Shown piece by piece: positions 51,498 through 60,406 of a stretch of 64,000 nucleotides of DNA (positions are counted from its first letter, which is position 1; every line of letters starts with the position of its first letter). The notes below the pieces were generated by a model, which had not been told where the DNA came from, searched no databases, and was given only the letters and a program-made list of their open reading frames with translations. Origin of the DNA: Trueperaceae bacterium (GTDB lineage Bacteria > Deinococcota > Deinococci > Deinococcales > Trueperaceae); assembly GCA_965214405.1 (NCBI GenBank), contig OZ243956.1, positions 2,976,001-3,040,000 of the forward strand, in the 5' to 3' direction. Made by a program: the position numbers and the translations under genes.

Positions 51498-52288
51498 GCC
51501 AAGGAGAGGATGTTGACATGCAGACCCGTAGCGAGGCTTCACCCCCCGCGCCTCCATCTGTGACCGGTTCCGAAGTCGGTAAGGGGGCCGTAAACTCCGG
51601 CGAGAACCGCGTCTCGAGGGTGTGGATTCATTCGCCTTCGCAGCTTATCAACGAAGCGCTGGGCGCGCTTCTCACCAGAGCGGGGTGTGAGGGCGGCGAG
51701 GTCTTGGCCCGCGCCGACTCACAAGCCGACGCCAACATAGCCATAGCCGACATAGCCATAGCCGACATAGCCATAGCCGACATAGCCATAGCCGACATAG
51801 CCGTGTGGGACTTGCGCAGCTTAGAGCCGCCCTACCCGCGCCCGCCGGACCTCCCGACCTTAGCGCTTATTGGTCAAGGCGACGCGGCCAAGGAGGGCGC
51901 GCTTCAGGCGGGCTACCGCGGTTATTTAAGCGGCGAGGAGACGGCGGACGAGGTCGGGCGCGCGCTCGAGGCGGTGCTCAGGGGGGAGGTCTGGGCGGAG
52001 CGCCGCGTCCTCAGCCGTTTGGTCACCAAACCCGAGCTGCCCCCGCTGACGGCTCGAGAGGCCCAGGTTCTCCCCCTCGTGCTCAAAGGGTTGTCCAACA
52101 AAGGCGTCGCCAAGCGGCTGGGGCTCGCCGAAAAAACCGTCAAGGTCTACGTTTCGGAGTTGCTCTACAAACTCGAGGCGAAAAACCGCGCGGAACTTAT
52201 TTTGCGCCACGAGCGGGAGCGGTGTTTTGGAGTCCGGCCCGAGCCTACGCAGCCTGTGAGCACTCGGGCACGCCAGCGGCACTTTTGA
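51494..52288 (+). CDS. LuxR/NarL-type regulator with degenerate receiver domain and IAIAD repeats
   Basis: LTAREAQVL...GLSNKGVA..LGLAEKTVKVYVS HTH; clear paralog of 50074..50628; start uncertain. Confidence 0.85.
   Translation: MSQGEDVDMQTRSEASPPAPPSVTGSEVGKGAVNSGENRVSRVWIHSPSQLINEALGALLTRAGCEGGEVLARADSQADANIAIADIAIADIAIADIAIADIAVWDLRSLEPPYPRPPDLPTLALIGQGDAAKEGALQAGYRGYLSGEETADEVGRALEAVLRGEVWAERRVLSRLVTKPELPPLTAREAQVLPLVLKGLSNKGVAKRLGLAEKTVKVYVSELLYKLEAKNRAELILRHERERCFGVRPEPTQPVSTRARQRHF
51735..51802 (+). repeat. Perfect 15-bp tandem repeat x4.5 encoding IAIAD
   Basis: ACATAGCCATAGCCG x4 plus ACATAGCC. Confidence 0.95.
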
Positions 52289-52426
52289 GTTGTCCGCTCC
52301 TCTCGAGGTGACAGAAACTTGTTGAAAAAGCTTGAAGAGAATGTGGAGCAGCTTTGCTTCTACACCTCTTGCAGATGCAGATGTTGAAAAACGCGCCGCG
52401 CGACCACGAACGTGTAATCTAAAAGC

Positions 52427-52906
52427 GTGACAGTCTTTGCCCTCACCGTTTTCACGCTTCTCTACCTCGTGAGTCTTGCCGGAATCATCCTGCCCGTCTT
52501 GCCCGGCGTGCCGGTGGCTGCGGTCGGCGCGCTTTTAGCGGGATGGATGACCGGCTTTGAAGAGTTAGGAGCCGCCAGCATCCTCTGGGTGGTGGGTCTG
52601 GCGGTGCTTTCACAGGTGCTCGATTACGTGGCGGGGGTGGTGGGAGCCAAACGCTTTGGGGCGAGCCGGGCGGGGGTCTGGGGGAGCGTGATTGGCTCCC
52701 TGGTGGGCGTGATTTGGTTTCCGCCTTTTGGCTTTCTCTTGGGTGCGCTTGTGGGCGCGGTGGTGGCCGAAATCGTCAACCGCCGCACGCTTCAGGATTC
52801 GGTGCGCTCGGGGGTGGGGGCGCTGTTGGGGACGCTCGGCGGGGTGGTCGCCAAGTTTTTTATCGTCATTGCCATCGGGATGATCGTGTTTCCGCGGCTC
52901 TTTTAG
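52427..52906 (+). CDS. DUF456-family membrane protein
   Basis: LPVLPG, D...G..GAKRFGASR.G.WG, GA...E. Confidence 0.85.
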   Translation: MTVFALTVFTLLYLVSLAGIILPVLPGVPVAAVGALLAGWMTGFEELGAASILWVVGLAVLSQVLDYVAGVVGAKRFGASRAGVWGSVIGSLVGVIWFPPFGFLLGALVGAVVAEIVNRRTLQDSVRSGVGALLGTLGGVVAKFFIVIAIGMIVFPRLF

Positions 52907-53157
52907 CGTTTGGTCAAGTTCTGCTATCCCAAGATTTCTACACCACGAATTTTTCACACCCAAACCTCATAGCCAAAAGCGCGGCGCAAAGCATATACTG
53001 GGTGCGTTTGTGACTCGGCTCGAGTCCCCACGCCCCGCTCATCAACCTTGGTTAAACCTCAGTAAACCTTGGTGGTGGTTCAGGGTGAGTGTGGTGATAG
53101 GCGCGTAAGCTCGAGCCCACCAAAAGAGAAACTGCAAGAGAAGACGAAAGGGAATGT

Positions 53158-54114
53158 ATGGACCCCATCATGCTCCAACTCGGACCGCTGGCGCTCCGCT
53201 GGTACGGTTTTCTTATCGCCCTGGGCGTGCTGATTGGCACCTACTACGCGACCAAACTCGCCGAAAAGCGTGGGCTAGACCCCGAAAAGCTCCTCGACAT
53301 GCTCGTGTACTTGGTGCTCGCGGGCATCATCGGTGCGCGTCTGGTCTATGTGCTCACCTCGCCGAGCGCGTTTTTTGGCCCCGGCGGCAACCCGCTCTCG
53401 GCGTTTTATATCTGGCAGGGCGGCATCTCGTTTCACGGGGGCGTGCTGGGCATCGTGCTGGCGGTGTGGATTTACGCGCGCATCCACAGAATTAACATGT
53501 GGGCGTACTTAGACGTAATGATGCCTACCGCGGCCTTTGGCATTATCGGCGGGCGGCTCGGCAATTTTATGAACGGCACCGACACGGGCGGGCGCTTGAC
53601 GGATTGGCCCGTCGGCTTTACCTGGCCCGCGCCGGGCACCGACACCTTGGGCGCGTTTGGCCGTTTCGTGTTCGGCAGGGACTTGTGGACCTCGTTTAGA
53701 GGGATTTGTATCCTCCCCAATGAAATTGTTTACAACACCACTCAGGCGGTGTGTACCGGCGACTACGTGCGCGGCCCCGTCCACCTAACCCAGTTCTACG
53801 GCGTGATTATCGGCGTCATCCTCATTTTCACGACCTTCTGGGCGCTCTCGCGCCGCCGCGCGCCGGGTTACGTGTTTTGGCATTTCGTTCTCTGGTACTC
53901 GGTTTTGCGCTCCGTGCTGGAAGAGACCTTCCGCGACAACCCGCTCTCCTGGAATCTTTATCTGTCTGAGGGTCTGAGAGAACCCGGCATCGGCCTTTTC
54001 ACGCTCACGCAGCTTGTGAGTATCCCCATTATTTTGGTGGCGCTCTACATGCTCCTGACGCTCTCGAGCGAAACCGACACAGGGCGCACGCGTCTCGAGA
54101 CCCGCAGGCGGTGA
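53158..54114 (+). CDS. lgt: Prolipoprotein diacylglyceryl transferase
   Basis: LRWYG, IIGARL.YV, WQGGISFHGG, GRLGNFMN, H.TQFY. Confidence 0.93.
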   Translation: MDPIMLQLGPLALRWYGFLIALGVLIGTYYATKLAEKRGLDPEKLLDMLVYLVLAGIIGARLVYVLTSPSAFFGPGGNPLSAFYIWQGGISFHGGVLGIVLAVWIYARIHRINMWAYLDVMMPTAAFGIIGGRLGNFMNGTDTGGRLTDWPVGFTWPAPGTDTLGAFGRFVFGRDLWTSFRGICILPNEIVYNTTQAVCTGDYVRGPVHLTQFYGVIIGVILIFTTFWALSRRRAPGYVFWHFVLWYSVLRSVLEETFRDNPLSWNLYLSEGLREPGIGLFTLTQLVSIPIILVALYMLLTLSSETDTGRTRLETRRR

Positions 54115-55097
54115 GCGCCGCACCCCCAGCCGCTCCACTCGCTGTGGTCGTCCTGGCGGCGGGCCAGGGCACGCGCATGAAGTCCGCTTTGCCCAAGCCC
54201 CTGCACGAGGCGGCGGGCCGCCCGCTGGTCGAGCACGTGGTGCGCGCGGCGCTGCCTTTAGAACCCGACAAGCTCATCGTGGTGGTTGGGCACGGGGCAG
54301 AGCTTGTCAAGGCGCGGTTGGATGAGTATCCCATGACCTTTGTGACCCAAACCGAGCAACGGGGCACGGGGCACGCGCTGCTCGAGGCCAAGGGGGCATT
54401 ACAAGATTTTGAGGGCCGCATTCTGGTCCTTAACGGCGACGGCCCCCTGCTCCGCACCGAGACGCTGCGCGCGCTTCTGGAGACGCCCGGCTCGAGCGGC
54501 GGCATGTCCCTCCTCGTCTGCGAGGTCGCGGACCCGACCGGCTTGGGGCGCATCGTCCGGGAGGAGGGTTCGGGGGACGTGACGCGCATCGCCGAGGAAA
54601 AGGACGCGACGCCCCTTGAAAAAGAGATTCGGGAGGTGAATCCGGGTATCTATCTGTTCGGCCCGGAGGTGTTCGCGCTGGCGGGGGGGCTCTCGAGCGC
54701 CAACGCCGCCGGAGAATACTACCTCACCGACTTGGTGAGCCTCTATCTGGCGGCGGGCCGCGCGGTGCGGGCGGTGCGCGTAGACGACGAGACGGAGGTC
54801 TTGGGCGTCAACGACCGCCGTCACCTCGCGCACATCGACCGCTTGCTGCGTGAGCGCGTCCGCGACCGCTGGCTCTTGGCGGGCGTGACGATGATAGCCC
54901 CCGAGCAGATTTTTATCGACGACACGGTCCTCTTGGCACCCGACGTGACGCTCTACCCCGGCGTGTGGCTGCGGGGCGAAACGGTGGTGGGGGGCGGCGC
55001 GGTGGTGGGGCCTTATGCGCACCTCGAGAACTGCCGCGTCGCCGAGGGCGCGGTGGTCGCGCCGCACACGGTCATGCGAAACGAGCACATCACCTGA
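54111..55097 (+). CDS. glmU: GlmU-like uridyltransferase with shortened beta-helix (328 aa)
   Basis: LAAGQGTRMKS..PK.LH, GTGHA, EEKDA, EYYLTD, GVNDR; only a few hexapeptide turns before the stop. Confidence 0.8.
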   Translation: MSAAPPAAPLAVVVLAAGQGTRMKSALPKPLHEAAGRPLVEHVVRAALPLEPDKLIVVVGHGAELVKARLDEYPMTFVTQTEQRGTGHALLEAKGALQDFEGRILVLNGDGPLLRTETLRALLETPGSSGGMSLLVCEVADPTGLGRIVREEGSGDVTRIAEEKDATPLEKEIREVNPGIYLFGPEVFALAGGLSSANAAGEYYLTDLVSLYLAAGRAVRAVRVDDETEVLGVNDRRHLAHIDRLLRERVRDRWLLAGVTMIAPEQIFIDDTVLLAPDVTLYPGVWLRGETVVGGGAVVGPYAHLENCRVAEGAVVAPHTVMRNEHIT

Positions 55098-55335
55098 GGC
55101 CCCAATTTTTGTTAAAGAGTTGACCAAAAAAAGAGGAGCACCGGTCCTCGCAACAACGTAGGGGCTGATGATGGCGAGAGAGCGTCGTGGATAGTGTTGA
55201 CCGGTGCTCTTTTTAGAGGATACGAGCGGGGCGCTTACAGAATTCTTACTCCTACGGGTGACGCTGCTTCTTGTGAAGTTTCTTGCAGACACACCCGGTT
55301 CTGTACTCTAAAACCCAATTCTGCTACTCTAAAGG

Positions 55336-56652
55336 ATGAACAAACGTAAGCTTTTACTCACCAGTCTGCTGGCGTTCGGCGGTGTGGCTCTGGCCTTCTG
55401 CGGCTTCTACGTCGCCAAGGCCGACACGGAACTCTTTAACGAAACCTCAAAGGTCGTGATTGCCAAGGACGGCCCCCGCACCATCCTGACGATGGCGAAC
55501 GACTTTTCGGGCGACGTCGAGGACTTCGCGCTCGTCGTGCCCGTGCCGACCGTTCTTACCCAGGAGCAAATCCAAGTGGGCGATTTGAGCACGCTGGAGC
55601 GTTTGGACGCCTACAGCGCGCCCAGACTCGTCGAGTATTTTGACGATGACCCTTGTGCGCTGCAGATGGCCGAGGATTCGGAGGAATCCCTTTCAGCTCC
55701 CATGCCTGCGTCGGCTCAAGCAAGAGCCAACGCGCTGGGCGTCACCATCGAAGAGGCGTTTTCGGTCGGCGAGTACGACATCTTGATTTTGAGCGCCGAA
55801 GAATCCGAGGGGCTCACAACCTGGCTCATTCAGAACGGCTACGTATTACCCGAAGCGGTCGTGCCCGTACTGCAACGCTACATCCAGCAGGGGATGAAGT
55901 TCTTTGTGGCGCGGGTGAATTTAGAGGCGTTCGAGGCGAGCGGTTATGAGTACCTGCGCCCCCTCATCATGGCCTTCGAGAGCGAACGCTTCATGCTCCC
56001 CATCCAACTCGGTATGGTCAACGCGCGCGGGCCGCAGGACTTGGTCGTCTACCTGCTGTCGCCACAAGGCCGCGTCGAGACGACGAACTATCCCGTGGTC
56101 ACCATCCCCACCGACGTAACCCTGCCGGAATACGTCGAAGACGACTTCGGCGCGTTCTACCGCGCGATGTTCGAGCGGGCTTATGAGCGCGAAGGGCGGG
56201 ACGCGGTCTTTTTAGAGTACGCCTGGGACATGGCCTGGTGTGACCCCTGCGCCGCCGACCCGCTCTCGCCCGAGGAACTGCGCCGCGCCGGGGTGTTCTG
56301 GTTGGACGAGAGGGCGGACATGGGCGCGCCGAACGTCTACCTCACCCGGCTACACGTGCGCTACACGCCTGAGGAGTTCCCCGAAGACCTGATGTTTAGA
56401 ACGACCAATAACCGCGACAACTTTCAGGGGCGCTACGTCCTGCAACGCCCCTTTGAGGGTGAACTGACCTGCGCGGAGGGCGAGGCGTATGTTGAGCAGG
56501 TGCGGGAGCGCCGCGAGGAGGAGGCGAAGAGGCTCGCCAACCTTACGGGTTGGGACGTCGCCGAGGTTCGCGCGCAGGTAGGTGACTTTGACCCGGCTAT
56601 TACGGTCGCGCCCTGGTGGGAGCGGGTCTTCGACTCGTTTGAGCGTCCGTGA
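55336..56652 (+). CDS. DUF2330-family exported protein
   Basis: Signal peptide then AFCGFYVA, SAPRLVEY, EYAWD...CDPC, YLTRLH, NFQGRY. Confidence 0.82.
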   Translation: MNKRKLLLTSLLAFGGVALAFCGFYVAKADTELFNETSKVVIAKDGPRTILTMANDFSGDVEDFALVVPVPTVLTQEQIQVGDLSTLERLDAYSAPRLVEYFDDDPCALQMAEDSEESLSAPMPASAQARANALGVTIEEAFSVGEYDILILSAEESEGLTTWLIQNGYVLPEAVVPVLQRYIQQGMKFFVARVNLEAFEASGYEYLRPLIMAFESERFMLPIQLGMVNARGPQDLVVYLLSPQGRVETTNYPVVTIPTDVTLPEYVEDDFGAFYRAMFERAYEREGRDAVFLEYAWDMAWCDPCAADPLSPEELRRAGVFWLDERADMGAPNVYLTRLHVRYTPEEFPEDLMFRTTNNRDNFQGRYVLQRPFEGELTCAEGEAYVEQVRERREEEAKRLANLTGWDVAEVRAQVGDFDPAITVAPWWERVFDSFERP

Positions 56653-57944
56653 CCCAGGTAGATATGACTCAGGCCGACAGGACCCGAACGGGCACGAAAG
56701 AAAAGCTCGAGACCCTTTCAGCAGAATACAGCGCGCTCAAGGCGCTCAAGCTAGACCTCAACATGCAGCGCGGTCAGCCGAGCGATGAAGACCTGGACTT
56801 GTCGAACCCTATGCTCACTATTTTGGGACCCGAAGACGTCATCACCCAGCGCGGCACCGACGTTCGCAACTATGGGGGCGGCGTGGCAGGTCTGCCCGAG
56901 GCGCGCGAACTCTTTGCCGAAGTCTTGGGCGTGACGCCCGACGAGACGATGGTGGGGGACAGCTCGAGCCTCGCGCTCATGTCGAACGTGCTCATGTGGG
57001 CGCTGCTGCGCGGGCTGCGGGGCAGCGAGCGGCCTTGGGGTGGGGACGCACCCCAAATCATCATGACCGTCCCTGGCTACGACCGCCACTTCACCCTGCT
57101 CAAAAAACTGGGCTTCGGTCTCGTCACGGTCGCAATGACGCCCGCTGGACCCGACTTGGACGCGGTCGAACGGCTGGCTAAAAACCCTTTCGTCAAGGGC
57201 ATGTTCTTTGTCCCAACCTACAGCAACCCCACGGGCGACACCATCTCACAAGAAAACGTGCGGCGACTCGCGCGTATGGACACGGGGGCACGCGACTTCA
57301 CCGTGTTTGCCGACGACGCCTACCGGGTGCATCACCTCACCGACCAGCCGCCGGAACCTGTGAACCTGTTAGAAGCCTGCAAAGCGGCGGGCTGTCCGGA
57401 CCGCGTCATCCTTTTCGGCTCGACCTCGAAAATCACCTTTGCGGGGGCGGGGCTCGCATTTTTGGGCTCGAGCGCCCACAACATCACCTATTTGTCCGGG
57501 CTCATGAGCGCGCAGTCCATCGGCCCCAACAAGGTCGAACAGCTCCGGCACGTTAAATTTTTGCGGCGCTACCCTGGCGGCATCCCTGGGTTGATGAGAG
57601 ACCACGCAAAACGCCTCAAACCCAAGTTCGACGCGGTGCAGGAGGTGTTGACGCGTGAACTCGGCGGGACGGGCTTGGCCTCCTGGAGCACGCCGCAAGG
57701 AGGCTATTTCGTCTCTTTGGACACCACCCGGCCCGTGGCCGAGCGCGTCGTGGCGCTCGCCAGAGAGGCGGACGTCGCGCTCACCCCCGCGGGCGCGACC
57801 TTTCCCGACGGCGACCCGGAGAACCGCAACATCCGCCTCGCGCCGTCGCGTCCGCCCGTGGAGGAGGTGCGGCAGGCGATGGCGGTGGTGGCGCTCTGCG
57901 TCAAACTCGCCTCGGCGGAGTGGGACGCCGAGCGGCGGGGGTAA
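56649..57944 (+). CDS. PLP-dependent class I/II aminotransferase (actinobacterial AspAT-like)
   Basis: LNMQRGQP, PGYDRHF, YSNPTG, DDAY, STSKITF, NIRLAPS. Confidence 0.88.
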   Translation: MTQVDMTQADRTRTGTKEKLETLSAEYSALKALKLDLNMQRGQPSDEDLDLSNPMLTILGPEDVITQRGTDVRNYGGGVAGLPEARELFAEVLGVTPDETMVGDSSSLALMSNVLMWALLRGLRGSERPWGGDAPQIIMTVPGYDRHFTLLKKLGFGLVTVAMTPAGPDLDAVERLAKNPFVKGMFFVPTYSNPTGDTISQENVRRLARMDTGARDFTVFADDAYRVHHLTDQPPEPVNLLEACKAAGCPDRVILFGSTSKITFAGAGLAFLGSSAHNITYLSGLMSAQSIGPNKVEQLRHVKFLRRYPGGIPGLMRDHAKRLKPKFDAVQEVLTRELGGTGLASWSTPQGGYFVSLDTTRPVAERVVALAREADVALTPAGATFPDGDPENRNIRLAPSRPPVEEVRQAMAVVALCVKLASAEWDAERRG

Positions 57945-57987
57945 AAGGCCGAAGGTTCTGGTAAAAAAGTAGAGTGTGAGGAGCCCT

Positions 57988-59250
57988 ATGAAGATTAGCG
58001 CGCTACGCATAACACCCGTCGCCATCAAAGACCCGCCGCTGCTCAACTCGACCGGGGTGCATCAACCCTACGCGCTGCGGACCGTGATTGAACTCGAGAC
58101 TGACACAGCGCACATCGGCCTGAGCGAAAGTCACGGCGGCAGTGAGATGCTGCGAAGTTTAGACGCCGCCAGAGAAGCCGTCATCGGGCTCGACCCCTTC
58201 GACCTCAACGGCCTCATGGCGCGGCTCAAAAAGGTGGTGGCGAACACGGCGGACGCGGGCCTTTCGCTCGCGCCGGGGACGCACGGCGACAAACTTCTTA
58301 TGAGGGTGTTCGGCGCGCTCGAGGTGGCCTGTCTCGACTTACAAGGTAAAATTTTGGGTCGGTCCGTGGTTGACCTCCTGGGCGGCGCGGTGCGCGAGCG
58401 GGTGCCCTACAGCGCCTATCTTTTTTTCAAGTTTGAACGCCATAAGGACAGCCCCGGCTACGCGCCCGACCCCTGGGGCGAGGTGCTCACGCCTGAAGCG
58501 GTCGTTGAGGAGGCGCGGGCGATGGTTGAGGCGCACGGCTTTGGCTCTATCAAGCTCAAGGGCGGCGTGCTCGAGCCCGCCCTGGAAGTCGAGGCGATGA
58601 AACTTCTCCGTGAGGCTTTTCCGGCCCACCCGTTACGCATCGACCCGAACGCGGCCTGGACGGTTGAGACGAGCATCGAGGTGGGTAAGGGGCTTAACGG
58701 GACGCTCGAGTATCTAGAAGACCCGACGCCCGGTCTTACGGGCATGGCGGCGGTGGCGCGGGAGGTCTCAATGCCCTTAGCGACCAACATGGTGGTGACG
58801 AAGTTTAACGATCTACCGGAAGCCATCAACAGAGGTTCCGTCGGCGTCGTTTTGTCCGACCATCACTACTGGGGCGGGCTCCGCGCCAGTCAACACCTAG
58901 CGGCTATTTGTGCGACGTGGGGACTCGGGCTGTCGATGCACTCGAACTCTCACCTTGGGATAAGCTTGGCGGCGATGACGCATCTCGCTTTGAACGTGCC
59001 CAACCTCACCTACGCCTGCGACACGCATTATCCGTGGCAGGAGGAGGACGTCTTGGAGGGGGGAAGGTTGAGGTTTGAGGAGGGGGCGTTGACCGTTCCA
59101 GCGGGACCCGGCCTCGGAGTCACGCTTGACCAAGACGCGCTCGAGAAGCTCCACCGGCAGTATCTGCGCTGCGGCTTTGAAGATAGAGATGACAAGGGGG
59201 AGATGCGGAAGTACGAACCCGACTGGGTGGGGGCGCTGCCGAGGTTTTAA
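57988..59250 (+). CDS. Glucarate-dehydratase-family enolase-superfamily protein
   Basis: DPPLLN..GVHQP, KLKGGV, RIDPN, YLEDP, ATNM, MHSNSHLGIS, DTHY. Confidence 0.88.
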   Translation: MKISALRITPVAIKDPPLLNSTGVHQPYALRTVIELETDTAHIGLSESHGGSEMLRSLDAAREAVIGLDPFDLNGLMARLKKVVANTADAGLSLAPGTHGDKLLMRVFGALEVACLDLQGKILGRSVVDLLGGAVRERVPYSAYLFFKFERHKDSPGYAPDPWGEVLTPEAVVEEARAMVEAHGFGSIKLKGGVLEPALEVEAMKLLREAFPAHPLRIDPNAAWTVETSIEVGKGLNGTLEYLEDPTPGLTGMAAVAREVSMPLATNMVVTKFNDLPEAINRGSVGVVLSDHHYWGGLRASQHLAAICATWGLGLSMHSNSHLGISLAAMTHLALNVPNLTYACDTHYPWQEEDVLEGGRLRFEEGALTVPAGPGLGVTLDQDALEKLHRQYLRCGFEDRDDKGEMRKYEPDWVGALPRF

Positions 59251-59312
59251 CGGCTATTTGCTCGCGTAAGTCAACATTGACCGTTCGTAGCCGCGACAAA
59301 AGAGAGGCGGAG

Positions 59313-60266
59313 ATGCAAAAAATTTGGTTTGAACGCGAGCGAATGGGGGGCCACGACGCCCTCTTCGCAGCCGTCGCCGAGGCGATAGGCCCCGGCACCG
59401 ACGCCGAGCCGCTACGCGGTATCGAAGAGGCGAACGGCATTATCGCGGGGGGGCTCCCCTACACCGCTCACGTCATGGACAGAGCGCCCAACTTGAAAGT
59501 CATCGCGCGCTTAGGCATCGGCGTGGACAAGGTCGACGTGGCCGCCGCCACGGCGCGCGGTATCGCCGTCGTCAATACCCCCGACGCGCCAAGCGTGCCC
59601 ACCGCCGAGCAGACGATGATGCTGCTCTTGGCGGTTGCCAAACGCCTCAAGCCGTCCGAAGGGCGTTTGCGCGCTGGCGAGGGCGCGTTTCACGCGCGGC
59701 ACGATGCGGTGGAACTCGCGGGCAAAACGTTGGGCCTAGTCGGGTTCGGGCGCATCGCCCGCTTGGTGGCGACGATGGCGCAGGGTTTTGCAATGAACGT
59801 TATCGCCTTCGACCCTTTTATTGACGCCGCTGTGGCGGAACGGGCCGGGGTCGAACACGTGAGCAGCTTAGGCGACCTCCTTAGCCGGGCCGACGTGGTG
59901 AGCACGCACACGCCGCTCCTCCCCGAAACGCGGCATTTGATGAACAGGCAAACTTTTGCCAAGATGAAGCGGGGGGGTATCTTTATCAACGCGGGGCGCG
60001 GCGGTCTGGTGGACGAGGCGGCGCTTTTGGAAGCCGTCAAGAGCGGGCACCTGTTCGGCGCTGGCCTCGACGTGACCGACCCCGAGCCCCCGAGGTTGAA
60101 CAATGAACTCTTGCACCTCGAGAACGTCGTGGTCACGCCGCACGTGGCCTCGGCGACGCCCGAAGGCAAAACGCGGATGTTTGTGGGGGCGTTGGCGCAG
60201 GTGGTTCAGGTTCTCAAGGGGGAACGCCCGGCGCATCTGGTCAATCCCGAAGTGTGGAAGGGGTGA
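59313..60266 (+). CDS. D-isomer-specific 2-hydroxyacid dehydrogenase
   Basis: GLVGFGRIA, INAGRG.LVDE, LDV..PEP, TPHVA. Confidence 0.9.
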   Translation: MQKIWFERERMGGHDALFAAVAEAIGPGTDAEPLRGIEEANGIIAGGLPYTAHVMDRAPNLKVIARLGIGVDKVDVAAATARGIAVVNTPDAPSVPTAEQTMMLLLAVAKRLKPSEGRLRAGEGAFHARHDAVELAGKTLGLVGFGRIARLVATMAQGFAMNVIAFDPFIDAAVAERAGVEHVSSLGDLLSRADVVSTHTPLLPETRHLMNRQTFAKMKRGGIFINAGRGGLVDEAALLEAVKSGHLFGAGLDVTDPEPPRLNNELLHLENVVVTPHVASATPEGKTRMFVGALAQVVQVLKGERPAHLVNPEVWKG

Positions 60267-60357
60267 CGGTTTATGCTGTTTCGGAAGTTGGGGCTTGGTG
60301 GCGCTCTGAGTAAGCGTAGAAAACAACGTCCTCTTCCAGCAAAGACGTTATTCACCT

Positions 60358-60381
60358 AGCAAGGGGTTGCAACCCCTTGCT
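60358..60381. repeat. Perfect 24-bp palindrome between convergent genes (REP-like)
   Basis: AGCAAGGGGTTGCAACCCCTTGCT. Confidence 0.7.
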
Positions 60382-60406
60382 CTCGAGCTTCGACTACCAC
60401 CCCGAC

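Noticed and set aside
51171..51802. CRISPR array
   Set aside because: Units are contiguous 15-mers without spacers, in frame within genes; no cas genes
52320..52391. TGTTGAAAAA twice, resembling IS ends
   Set aside because: Direct orientation, only 10 bp, no element body
55160..55180. Fluoride riboswitch or glmS ribozyme (GCTGATGA near glmU)
   Set aside because: Missing the GGxGATGG 5' motif and the glmS core; lies downstream of the gene
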